Shown: in pieces, positions 32,243 to 41,450 of the stretch | Layout: each line of letters starts with the position of its first letter | Numbering within the stretch: position 1 is the first letter of the stretch | IMG/VR virus record: IMGVR_UViG_3300028398_000004 | Coordinates: 1-59,488 of that record | DNA from: a virus | Strand: one strand, 5' to 3' | Length of the DNA stretch: 59,488 bases | Notes under the pieces: model-generated | The model's input: the letters and a program-made list of their open reading frames with translations, nothing else | What the model was told of the DNA's origin: nothing | Database searches by the model: none | Program-made: the position numbers and the translations under genes

Positions 32243-33181
32243 ATGAAACGATTAACTGTATATTCAGGTGCGATTGGTATTAATAATAAAGTTGCGCCAC
32301 ATAGACTTAAATATAGTATTGAAAATGGAGTATCTGCATTAGAACAAGCTGATAATATAATAATTGATCGAACAGGTGAAATTGTTGCTCGGCGAGGATT
32401 TGTTCGTAAAGCAGAAGGTAAGTTTCATTCATTATTTCCTGGAAAAGACTGGGGATTAGTTGCAAAAGATCGTAATGATGATACTGCAATATATAGAGTT
32501 ACTATTTCTAATACTGGTGTTGTTTCTATTGATGGTATAAGAGATACTTTAACAAAAGGAAAAAGAATTGACTTTTGTCAAGTAATGAATGCTATTTTTT
32601 ATACGAATGGTGATCAAAATGGAATGATTACTTCTGATGCTGTATCTGTTCCATGGAAAGAAAGTCAATGGCCGAATGATCAATCAAAAGCAGTTTGGGC
32701 AATTCCACCTCCTGCTGATCATTTATGTTATAATGCAGGAAGAATTTATTTTTCATTAGATGATGTTCTTCATTATACTGAGTTTGGTCATTTAGGGTTA
32801 TATGATGTAGCTATTGATGGAGAACATTTTCCTGATAGAATTATTTTAATGGTACCTGCACTTGACGGATTATATGTATCAACAGAAAAAGCAATTTATT
32901 TCTTAAGTGGTTTAGATCCACATGATTGGCATAATAAAAAAGTTTTTGATTATCCGGCCATGGAATGGGGTAAATATTATGGAGTTGTTGATCCATCTTT
33001 TATGGGATTTGAAACAAATGTACCTTCTTCATTAATAGCAACAAAAAATGGTCCAGTTTTATGTTTACCTTCTGGACAAGCAGTAAATTTAATTGATAAA
33101 AATGTAATTTTGCCAGAATGTACTGGTGATGGTGCTATATCACTTTTTGATGAAACATTAATTATTCAGACAGGAGAATAA
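32243..33181 (+). CDS. virion/tail protein, function unknown (312 aa)
   Basis: Track ORF trimmed to ATG 32243, just after the endolysin stop. Confidence 0.6.
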   Translation: MKRLTVYSGAIGINNKVAPHRLKYSIENGVSALEQADNIIIDRTGEIVARRGFVRKAEGKFHSLFPGKDWGLVAKDRNDDTAIYRVTISNTGVVSIDGIRDTLTKGKRIDFCQVMNAIFYTNGDQNGMITSDAVSVPWKESQWPNDQSKAVWAIPPPADHLCYNAGRIYFSLDDVLHYTEFGHLGLYDVAIDGEHFPDRIILMVPALDGLYVSTEKAIYFLSGLDPHDWHNKKVFDYPAMEWGKYYGVVDPSFMGFETNVPSSLIATKNGPVLCLPSGQAVNLIDKNVILPECTGDGAISLFDETLIIQTGE

Positions 33182-33182
33182 A

Positions 33183-33920
33183 ATGGCTTGGAAACTCTCA
33201 CCCGGATTTGTTAAAGCAATTCAAAATCGTCGCATTATTAGTAAGACACGAGTTAATACTAATACGCTTACATTTACTAATGATAAAATTCAAGATTCTG
33301 GTAATGGTTTAGGAGATTTTAAGGTAGGAGATTTTATACATGTAATTGCTCCTACTAATGCTGGAACAAATGATAATATTATTGCTCGTTGTATTGCTGC
33401 CACAGCTGCTGAATTAACTTTTGCATCAAATACTTTTACTGCACTTGCATCAGGTACTCAATACTTGATTCAAAGTTTTTCTTCTGGTTCTATTGCAGAA
33501 TTAATGAAAAATTCTCGTCTTGATTTATTTAATGGTACAAGACCAACTAATCCTGAAGATACTGAAAATGGAACTCTTCTTGTTTCTATAACATTAAATG
33601 CTGGTGCATTTGTTTCAGGTGATGCAACTAATGGAATAAATCTTGATACAATTGTAGCAAATGCTTTAAAACGTGCAATTGATCCTGCAACAGGAAATAC
33701 AGAAATTTGGCAAGGAATTGGAATTGCTAATGGTACTGCACAATGGGGTAGATGGTATGCAAATGATGCAGTTACAGGAGCTTCAACTGATGCAGTTCGA
33801 ATGGATGGCAATGTTGGTACGACTGTAGGAGCTGATATTGTTATGGCTAATGGTCGTGATGTTGTCTCAGGGGCTCCTGCAACAGTCACGGATGTTAGTG
33901 TTACTGTGCAGGGAGTTTAA
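33183..33920 (+). CDS. virion protein, function unknown (245 aa)
   Basis: Track ORF. Ala/Gly/Thr-rich. Confidence 0.6.
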   Translation: MAWKLSPGFVKAIQNRRIISKTRVNTNTLTFTNDKIQDSGNGLGDFKVGDFIHVIAPTNAGTNDNIIARCIAATAAELTFASNTFTALASGTQYLIQSFSSGSIAELMKNSRLDLFNGTRPTNPEDTENGTLLVSITLNAGAFVSGDATNGINLDTIVANALKRAIDPATGNTEIWQGIGIANGTAQWGRWYANDAVTGASTDAVRMDGNVGTTVGADIVMANGRDVVSGAPATVTDVSVTVQGV

Positions 33921-33925
33921 ATCTC

Positions 33926-34516
33926 GTGGGAGTTTCCATACTTGCAAAAGGAGCTAATCCTGAATATTCTGTTGATGCTAATATTTGTATTACTAATGTA
34001 ATTACATTAGAAAGTACTTTTACTTCAATTAGTGTAAATACTAATATTGGTATTAGATCACAATTTTATGTTGATCCGAATTTACCATTAAATCCCATTG
34101 ATATATCAGCAATAATAGGGATTAGCAATTTTAATGAGATTGTTTTAGATTATGTTAAAATTAATAATCTTATTGGAATTGGAAACTCTATTGAATTATA
34201 TAGAGATCAAGTTTTAGAAACATTTTCTATTTTTGGAATTAGTTCATTAATTGAAATGACCAATGCATCTGCAATTAATGAATTGAATGCTGGTTTAGGA
34301 GTTAAAACATTCGTTAATATTGTAGATGATCTTAATGAACAAATAAATTTATCCATAGGACTTAAAACTACTATTGAAATGAAAAAAGATATTCAATTAG
34401 TTATTATTCCAATGATTGGAATTTCTGGCACAATAACTATTCTTGGTAATTCTTCAGATAATATATTATCTGATATGTGTAAGATACCTGATTTTAATAA
34501 ATTAAGGTGGTGTTAA
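33926..34516 (+). CDS. repeat protein (about seven 22-aa units with an xIGIx core), GTG start
   Basis: NIGIRSQ, IIGISNF, LIGIGNS, IFGISSL, NAGLGVK, SIGLKTT, MIGISGT. There is no in-frame ATG near the 5' end. Confidence 0.55.
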   Translation: MGVSILAKGANPEYSVDANICITNVITLESTFTSISVNTNIGIRSQFYVDPNLPLNPIDISAIIGISNFNEIVLDYVKINNLIGIGNSIELYRDQVLETFSIFGISSLIEMTNASAINELNAGLGVKTFVNIVDDLNEQINLSIGLKTTIEMKKDIQLVIIPMIGISGTITILGNSSDNILSDMCKIPDFNKLRWC

Positions 34517-34995
34517 TGGAGGCTATTGCTGTACAATCTGCTATAGGAAATTCTGGAGAAAAACCAGTAACTAAGTTTACTGATTTTACTTTTAATTCTT
34601 TAGGAATGATAAATAATTTTCCTGTAGGAGTAAATTCAACTGGATTATTTCTACTTAATATTGGAGATAAAGATAATAATATTTCTTTTAAAAGTACATT
34701 TGTATTAGCAACAACTGATTTTAATCTTAATGAATTTAAGCGATTACGTTATATTTATATTGGTGTAAATACTAATGATTCTTTTATTATTTCTATTGCT
34801 GTAGATGATAGTGATTGGATTGATTATTTATGTGAAATAACAAAAGAAGGTTTACAAAAAATTAGAATTCCTATTAGTAGAAAAACTCAAGGTAGATATT
34901 GGAAAATAAAAGTTACCTCTGATTATTGGTTTAGGATTGATTATATTGAGATATTGCCTATAGTTAGATCTACTGGTATTGGAGGAGGACATTAA
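34516..34995 (+). CDS. virion protein, function unknown (159 aa)
   Basis: Track ORF (GTG start 34507) trimmed to ATG 34516. AAGGTGG RBS and TAATG overlap. Confidence 0.6.
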   Translation: MEAIAVQSAIGNSGEKPVTKFTDFTFNSLGMINNFPVGVNSTGLFLLNIGDKDNNISFKSTFVLATTDFNLNEFKRLRYIYIGVNTNDSFIISIAVDDSDWIDYLCEITKEGLQKIRIPISRKTQGRYWKIKVTSDYWFRIDYIEILPIVRSTGIGGGH

Positions 34996-34998
34996 ATA

Positions 34999-36330
34999 AT
35001 GGGTGCTTTTGTAGAACATGTAAATGTACCATCAATTGGTCAGGTAGCAGGCAATTATCAAGAAATAGTTGAATCATTTGATTATGCTCGTAATTATGCT
35101 GATACAATGCGAGATACTCTTAATGAACAAATTGAAAATTTAAGTCAAGCAATTGATCCTTATCAAGTAAATTTTGATTCAATAACTTCAACTATTGATA
35201 ATATTCCAACACCTGGATTTCCTACTACACCAGATATTAATATTAATCTAAATGAAAATTGGCCCGATAATAATATTCCTGAACCAAATCTTGTTGACAT
35301 TAATGCAGATTTTGCATTTATTGATCCTGTAGTACCAGATGATTTAGATGCAAGTTTTGATTTTACTCCTGGCATATATTCATCTTGTATATGGGATCAA
35401 TTTTGTGAAAAAATTCGTGATGGATTATTGAACGGAGGTACTGGACTTACTACAATTGTCTATAATGCTATCATTGCACGAAATGCAGAAGCACGTAGAA
35501 ATGTAGAAGATCAAGCAAGACGAAGAGCTGTAAATGCAGTTGGTGCTCGTGGATTCGATTTGCCAGGTGGAATGGCTGCTGCTGTATTATTAGAAATAGA
35601 GCGTGAAATTATTATAAAAGATTTTGATGCAATAAATTCAACAACAATTAAAGATTTTGAAGTTGCAGATGCTAATGAAAAGTTTATTAAAGATTTAGCT
35701 CTTAAAGCAGAACAAATGTTACGTGAAGAATTTAATAAATCTGAAGATAGACTTTTAAATATTGCTCAAGTTGGTAAAGAAATTGCAATTAAAGTCTATG
35801 AACAGAATGTAAAAATTTATCTTAGTAAGTGGGAAGGAATTAAAGCAAAAATTGAAGCTGCAGCAAAACAAATTGATGCTTTGATTGCTAAAAATGATGG
35901 TGAGATAAAAACTTTTCTTGGGCGTGCAGATGTTTTAAAAGCTCAAATTACAGCTATTGCAGAAGAAAATAAAGCTAAAACAGACGTAGCACAAGCAAAA
36001 GCAAGTATTTATGAGTCTGAGGTACGTGCTATTGCTTCAGAATTTCAAGTATTAGTTGAAAAAGTAAAAGCTCAGACAAGTAAATGGATTGCTGAAACTG
36101 ATTCAGTTGTTAATAAGGAAAAGATTAAATTAGCTGCTTTTCAATCAGCTAATGACCTTGCAGCTAAAGTTTCAGAATCTATTGCAAATATTGCATCACA
36201 GTCTGTTGCGTCTGCATTAGGAGCAATTAATACAGGTATGAGTTTTGGTTATAGTGGTCATATGTCTATCACTAATAATAAATCATTAAGTAATCAATTA
36301 TCAGAATCACATAGCTATAAGGAATCATAA
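34999..36330 (+). CDS. coiled-coil virion protein (443 aa), possible internal/ejection protein
   Basis: Long Ala/Lys/Glu heptad-like C-terminal half. Confidence 0.55.
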   Translation: MGAFVEHVNVPSIGQVAGNYQEIVESFDYARNYADTMRDTLNEQIENLSQAIDPYQVNFDSITSTIDNIPTPGFPTTPDININLNENWPDNNIPEPNLVDINADFAFIDPVVPDDLDASFDFTPGIYSSCIWDQFCEKIRDGLLNGGTGLTTIVYNAIIARNAEARRNVEDQARRRAVNAVGARGFDLPGGMAAAVLLEIEREIIIKDFDAINSTTIKDFEVADANEKFIKDLALKAEQMLREEFNKSEDRLLNIAQVGKEIAIKVYEQNVKIYLSKWEGIKAKIEAAAKQIDALIAKNDGEIKTFLGRADVLKAQITAIAEENKAKTDVAQAKASIYESEVRAIASEFQVLVEKVKAQTSKWIAETDSVVNKEKIKLAAFQSANDLAAKVSESIANIASQSVASALGAINTGMSFGYSGHMSITNNKSLSNQLSESHSYKES

Positions 36331-36332
36331 TT

Positions 36333-36821
36333 ATGCTTATTTTATTTGTTGCAAGTAATGCAGGTTCAGGCACTGATACTGCACCGGAATTACCTGATTT
36401 ACATATTCAAGATTCTCAATCTGGAGATCATATTCCTGTTGGTGGAATTCAGGGATGGGATAATGATTATCTTCAAGCACAAACTGTATGTAAAGCTCCA
36501 ATGGTTTTTCAGGCTGAAGAGATAGGAAAAAATGCTGGAGATGATTCTTCAATGTATTGGTGTAGAAGACTTTCAAATGGGTTAGTAAAAGTTAATTTTA
36601 CTGATTCAGGTGCTAATGCTGTTATTTATCCGCTATATGAAGATAAAAATGGAGTAAAATCTATTGGTTCTGCTATAACGGTTAATGCTAAATCAAGGCA
36701 AGATGGTGCATTATATATGGCTGAAATGTTAGTTTTTGATTTATTAGGAGCTAATAAATTTGGTATTTATATTGAATCTATATCAGTAGGTACTATTAAT
36801 GTAATGCTTGCTGGAGTATAA
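36333..36821 (+). CDS. virion protein, function unknown (162 aa)
   Basis: Track ORF. Confidence 0.6.
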   Translation: MLILFVASNAGSGTDTAPELPDLHIQDSQSGDHIPVGGIQGWDNDYLQAQTVCKAPMVFQAEEIGKNAGDDSSMYWCRRLSNGLVKVNFTDSGANAVIYPLYEDKNGVKSIGSAITVNAKSRQDGALYMAEMLVFDLLGANKFGIYIESISVGTINVMLAGV

Positions 36822-36833
36822 TAGTATTTTATT

Positions 36834-37529
36834 ATGAAATTTAAGTATTGGCATAATAATAAAATAATTGATTGTAAATTAATAACTAATCCAGAAGAAG
36901 CAAAAGGATTTATTCCTTATGCTAATCAATTATTTGATAAAATGCAAAATGCAAGAGTTAATCCGCAAAAACTTTTTCAATTAAAACAAATATTTTATCC
37001 TGAACCTGGAGTACAGATAATTTGTCAAAAAATTAGAAAAGAAAATAAAATTACTATTGATGTTTCAGATGAATACATTCAACGTAAAAAGATAAAAAAA
37101 TCAAAGTGTTTTTGTGATTGTGGTGCTGCTGTTGGCTGGATAAATCAAAGCCCTGGAAGTACCGTTACTATTGATGGAAATGGCAAAGTAAATCAAGAAG
37201 ATGATCTTGATTGGATTCCTCAAACAAGCACAAAATATGAAATTGGAGCTTGTCAAGAAACTAAGATAGATATTTTTGAGCCTGTGCTTTTAAAAAACGA
37301 GCAAATGGTCCCGACTGATTTTTACAGGCATTTTCGTAGCCTAAATCAAACTCTTGACACACTGTTAATTGTTCAAGACAAAGACATTACAATTATAAAG
37401 CCAGATGGAACAACAGAGCAAAAGCATATATCTATTAAAGAGGTAACACCCTGTGCTTGGGATGTTTTCAGGATAACAAGTATTGAACCGATAGATATAG
37501 ATGTAGAAGAAACCGAAACAATAACATAA
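36834..37529 (+). CDS. virion protein, function unknown (231 aa)
   Basis: Track ORF. Confidence 0.6.
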   Translation: MKFKYWHNNKIIDCKLITNPEEAKGFIPYANQLFDKMQNARVNPQKLFQLKQIFYPEPGVQIICQKIRKENKITIDVSDEYIQRKKIKKSKCFCDCGAAVGWINQSPGSTVTIDGNGKVNQEDDLDWIPQTSTKYEIGACQETKIDIFEPVLLKNEQMVPTDFYRHFRSLNQTLDTLLIVQDKDITIIKPDGTTEQKHISIKEVTPCAWDVFRITSIEPIDIDVEETETIT

Positions 37530-37542
37530 TGAGGTAATGAAA

Positions 37543-38211
37543 ATGGGTGAAAAAGGAATAGTAGTAGCTGATGCAGCAAGTGGTGAAAGTGTTGCAACAA
37601 GAGATGCAATTAAAGTTGATGATGCATCTAATGCTAGAGTAATTCAACTTATGGATACTGCAAGTAGGCCTGTTGCATATACAAGTGATACTGCAAATGC
37701 TGTACGTACTGGAGTATATGGAACTGACTCATATGATTTAGAGCCACTTTCATCTACATTGGACAATAGTAAAATTGATGTATCTGATTGTTCTCATGTT
37801 GTTATATGGGGAACTGTTGCTGTCGGATCAGGAGGTACACAAAGTCCATCAATTGTTGTAACGCCTATTATAGTTTATGATGATGCTGGCACAACCAAGG
37901 CAGCTACTCCATTAACTCCGATACGAATTCGATTATGTACACCTTTAAATGAACATATTGCTCAAGCAGATATTTATACATCAACAATTGCTTCTGGATC
38001 GAATAATCATAAGAATTTTATTCCAGTAATATTTCCTACATTTGGTGCTAAAATGATGACATTTCATATTGCTAATTGGCATAATGATGGAAATAAATGG
38101 GGACTTAATCTTTTTGCTGCGCCAACAAGTATGGGTGAATCTGATTATGATATTTATTCTGCTAAATATAATGATAAAATTGGTGTAGTCGTATTTCCAT
38201 CTAATAATTAG
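37543..38211 (+). CDS. virion protein, function unknown (222 aa)
   Basis: The second ATG has GAGG 8 nt upstream. The track start is 37537. Confidence 0.6.
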   Translation: MGEKGIVVADAASGESVATRDAIKVDDASNARVIQLMDTASRPVAYTSDTANAVRTGVYGTDSYDLEPLSSTLDNSKIDVSDCSHVVIWGTVAVGSGGTQSPSIVVTPIIVYDDAGTTKAATPLTPIRIRLCTPLNEHIAQADIYTSTIASGSNNHKNFIPVIFPTFGAKMMTFHIANWHNDGNKWGLNLFAAPTSMGESDYDIYSAKYNDKIGVVVFPSNN

Positions 38212-38228
38212 GCATAAATTTATAATTT

Positions 38229-40400
38229 ATGTCAACTAATCATCTTCCTCCTGTATTATGGGAGAAAACAAAATGGCCAGAGGAAGAACTCCCTCAACAA
38301 GAGTGGTGGGATGTTCTTCCTCACAAGTTTTCGCGTTTTTGTATTCTCAAGGCGAGGATAATTGAAATATCATTATTATCAGAAGTAAATCAATCATTAT
38401 TTGCTCAGGGTCTTATTGAAGATTTATATCAAATTATATTTGAAGATTCTCATGTAATAGTTGAATTTTTACCTAGATCTGATTTACCAATAGAATTACA
38501 TGGTGAAGTTCAGGTAGATTTATGTGTTTATGATTGTGGAATGTTTAATACTGCCCATAGAGTATATCAAAAAAATGGTAATGAATATGTTTTAGATGAA
38601 AATGGTAATCCTGTTCTTGATGAAAATGAACCATTAATAGAAGGCTTTTATAATAATCCATGGATGGCTTTTTGTGTAGATGATATAGTTTTAATTGGAT
38701 ATGATCCAATAAAAATAAAAAATAAAAAATCTATTTCATTAAATAAACGTTTGATTCTTATAGGGCACTCTAATTATGATGGTGTAGATGGTACAGATAA
38801 TTCTAATTTAATAATACCAGTTACATCAGGTGTTAGTGATTATGTTTTATTAGATAATAAAGTTATTTTTAATAATAATAATTATATTTATTTATTAGAC
38901 AATAATGAAAAGAATTATATAAATAAAAATGATTTAATATCTATTAAAAATTTTTTTGGATTATCAATCCTTCCGTTTTTTACTTACTATAGTATAAATT
39001 GGAATACTTGTAATATTTTTACTTATACAATAAATTTTTATTATAGACATAATGCTCCTTGTTATTATCTTATTAAGTGTATTCAATATAAAGCATTACG
39101 TAATGTTATACTTAATAAAAATGGAAATACTACATTAAATAGATCAATTTTATATACTAATTTACTTGGCGAATATGATAGTAATGTTAGATTTAATAAT
39201 GTTCAATATTTAGATGATAATAATAATAATATAATTCTTATTTATAATACTGATGCTGGTGTTCATTACTCTGATGTAAGTAATTTTGAATTAATTCGAC
39301 TTTTTATTACTCCTGTATTTGATGCAAATAATAATTTAATTGATTTAGTAGTACATAAAACAGCAAATGAAGGTGTTAGTTTATCATCGTGTCATTATTG
39401 GTTAGAATCTCAAGGAGATCCAGAAAATATAAATGAATATAGTGTGGCTATAAATACCAGGCAAGCTCATGTACAATTTATAAACGTCGATGAAGCAAAA
39501 TGGGAAGTTGAAGTAAATAGCCATGTAGAATATAAAAGTAATGTTTGGTATATAAGTAATGGATGCTCAGGAGGAGATGCGCATAATGATTGGTTAGGGC
39601 ATAGATATAATTCATATAATATATCTATGATAACTAGATTAACAGTGGGTAATAATGAATTAATATTCAATACTAATTATACTAGCAATGCTCATAATCA
39701 TATTTATTATGATTGTCCAGTTGATAAAATAGATTTTTTTGAATTTATAACGCAACCTTCATCGACTGGAGTGACTATATTATTTTTTAATGCTTTATAT
39801 GGAATATGTATTTATGCTGTTTCTTCTGTACAAGTACATATTAATTCATATAATTTTGGAGAAACACCTGTTAGTACTTTTTCTGTTTGTAGAGATACTT
39901 ATTTACAGACAAGAAAACATAATTATTTAATAGAGAGTAAATGTGTTCAAAATGTAAATGGAGGCGCAATAGATATTGCGCTATTTAATCAAATACTTTT
40001 AGATAATTTTGGTACATATAATGAGCCATCTGGTATTGTACCTTTTGCACCAGATCATTTTAATTATGAAACAGGATACACATTTGGAACAAATTTAGAT
40101 GTATCTTATTTTGAAAAAACTAATAATTGTTGTTCTTTAGGTTATCCTTTTAATTATTGGGGATCGTCAGATTTAAAAATGATTTGTATTAAATTTCCAT
40201 TATTGACTGATAATTTACTAACACATAGCACAGATTCGCATGTTTATTTAAATAAATATTCTCCTTATCATTGTTATTTTGAACAAAGTAATAATTTTCA
40301 ACAACTACTAATTGTAAATGACTTTCTTATTACTGATAACTTTGATCCAAACAATTTTGGTGTAAATAATTGCGGTTATATGCCGATTCCACAAGATTAA
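38229..40400 (+). CDS. large virion protein with an extremely AT/Asn-rich central segment (723 aa)
   Basis: Track ORF. Residues about 160-345 are dominated by N, I, Y and K. Confidence 0.6.
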   Translation: MSTNHLPPVLWEKTKWPEEELPQQEWWDVLPHKFSRFCILKARIIEISLLSEVNQSLFAQGLIEDLYQIIFEDSHVIVEFLPRSDLPIELHGEVQVDLCVYDCGMFNTAHRVYQKNGNEYVLDENGNPVLDENEPLIEGFYNNPWMAFCVDDIVLIGYDPIKIKNKKSISLNKRLILIGHSNYDGVDGTDNSNLIIPVTSGVSDYVLLDNKVIFNNNNYIYLLDNNEKNYINKNDLISIKNFFGLSILPFFTYYSINWNTCNIFTYTINFYYRHNAPCYYLIKCIQYKALRNVILNKNGNTTLNRSILYTNLLGEYDSNVRFNNVQYLDDNNNNIILIYNTDAGVHYSDVSNFELIRLFITPVFDANNNLIDLVVHKTANEGVSLSSCHYWLESQGDPENINEYSVAINTRQAHVQFINVDEAKWEVEVNSHVEYKSNVWYISNGCSGGDAHNDWLGHRYNSYNISMITRLTVGNNELIFNTNYTSNAHNHIYYDCPVDKIDFFEFITQPSSTGVTILFFNALYGICIYAVSSVQVHINSYNFGETPVSTFSVCRDTYLQTRKHNYLIESKCVQNVNGGAIDIALFNQILLDNFGTYNEPSGIVPFAPDHFNYETGYTFGTNLDVSYFEKTNNCCSLGYPFNYWGSSDLKMICIKFPLLTDNLLTHSTDSHVYLNKYSPYHCYFEQSNNFQQLLIVNDFLITDNFDPNNFGVNNCGYMPIPQD

Positions 40401-40424
40401 ATTAATATTATAGAGGTTATAATT

Positions 40425-41447
40425 ATGATGCCTGTTAAATTAACAGAAGAACAAAAAAGAAATCCTACGGGATTGAATAAACTTGTTGCAGCTTTTCAAA
40501 ATAATCAACGAGCATTACCTGCTATTACATCATCAATAACTAATTTACGTGGTTATCGTCCAGGTAATCGAGCACTTAATTTTACACAAACTAATAATAA
40601 TAATCAAACTAATAGTAGTAATGTTCAAAGTCAAACAGGACGAAAATTAGCTTTTAATGATAATGGTCATCCAATGACAAATAATGCCTGGTTGAAAACT
40701 AGTTCAGGTGATACTTATATGATTGGACCTGATTCTAAAATGCGTAAGTTTAATGCTGATGGAACTGAAGATACAAATTTTCAAGAAAGAAAATTATCAA
40801 GTCTTGAAAAAAATTTAGGTACTTATAATCGTGCAATGCAGCAGACAAACAGAAATACAAGTCCATATGAAATTACTAATTCAAGTTGGACGCCTGAGCA
40901 AACAGCGCGATTTATGAAAACTCCTGTTCATGGTGGAGCGCAAAGAGTAGTAGCTCCACAAACAAGTTTTTTAGCTTCATTTCAAGCAAAACAAATGACT
41001 AATAATCAAACAGCAGTTGAAGAACCTAAAATGCCAAGATTTACTGCTCCAGGATTTACGGGAAAAGCACGACTTGCAAGGATACATTCGCAACAACAAG
41101 AATGGTTAAAAGCACAACGAGATCAAAAGTATGGACTTGCTAAAATAGGTATGCAAACAAATGCATTAGAACGAAATAATATCAGAAATAATGAAACAAG
41201 ACAAGAACAAAATAGTTTGCAGTCATTAATTAACCAAAATAAAGCAACTCAAAATAACGCAAAAAAACAAAAAAATACACTACAAGGTAAGTGGAAACAT
41301 ATTACATATACTGATCCAATTACTCAAGAAACTACTGCTAAATTATATAATGAAATAACTGGAGAGTTAAAAGATATAACTTCATCTCCATCTTCTAATG
41401 ATTCTATCGGTGATTTTATACGTTCACTTAAATCAGAAGGAAAGTAA
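40425..41447 (+). CDS. Gln/Asn-rich virion protein (340 aa)
   Basis: AGAGG RBS. Low-complexity Q/N/T segments. Confidence 0.6.
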   Translation: MMPVKLTEEQKRNPTGLNKLVAAFQNNQRALPAITSSITNLRGYRPGNRALNFTQTNNNNQTNSSNVQSQTGRKLAFNDNGHPMTNNAWLKTSSGDTYMIGPDSKMRKFNADGTEDTNFQERKLSSLEKNLGTYNRAMQQTNRNTSPYEITNSSWTPEQTARFMKTPVHGGAQRVVAPQTSFLASFQAKQMTNNQTAVEEPKMPRFTAPGFTGKARLARIHSQQQEWLKAQRDQKYGLAKIGMQTNALERNNIRNNETRQEQNSLQSLINQNKATQNNAKKQKNTLQGKWKHITYTDPITQETTAKLYNEITGELKDITSSPSSNDSIGDFIRSLKSEGK

Positions 41448-41450
41448 AAA

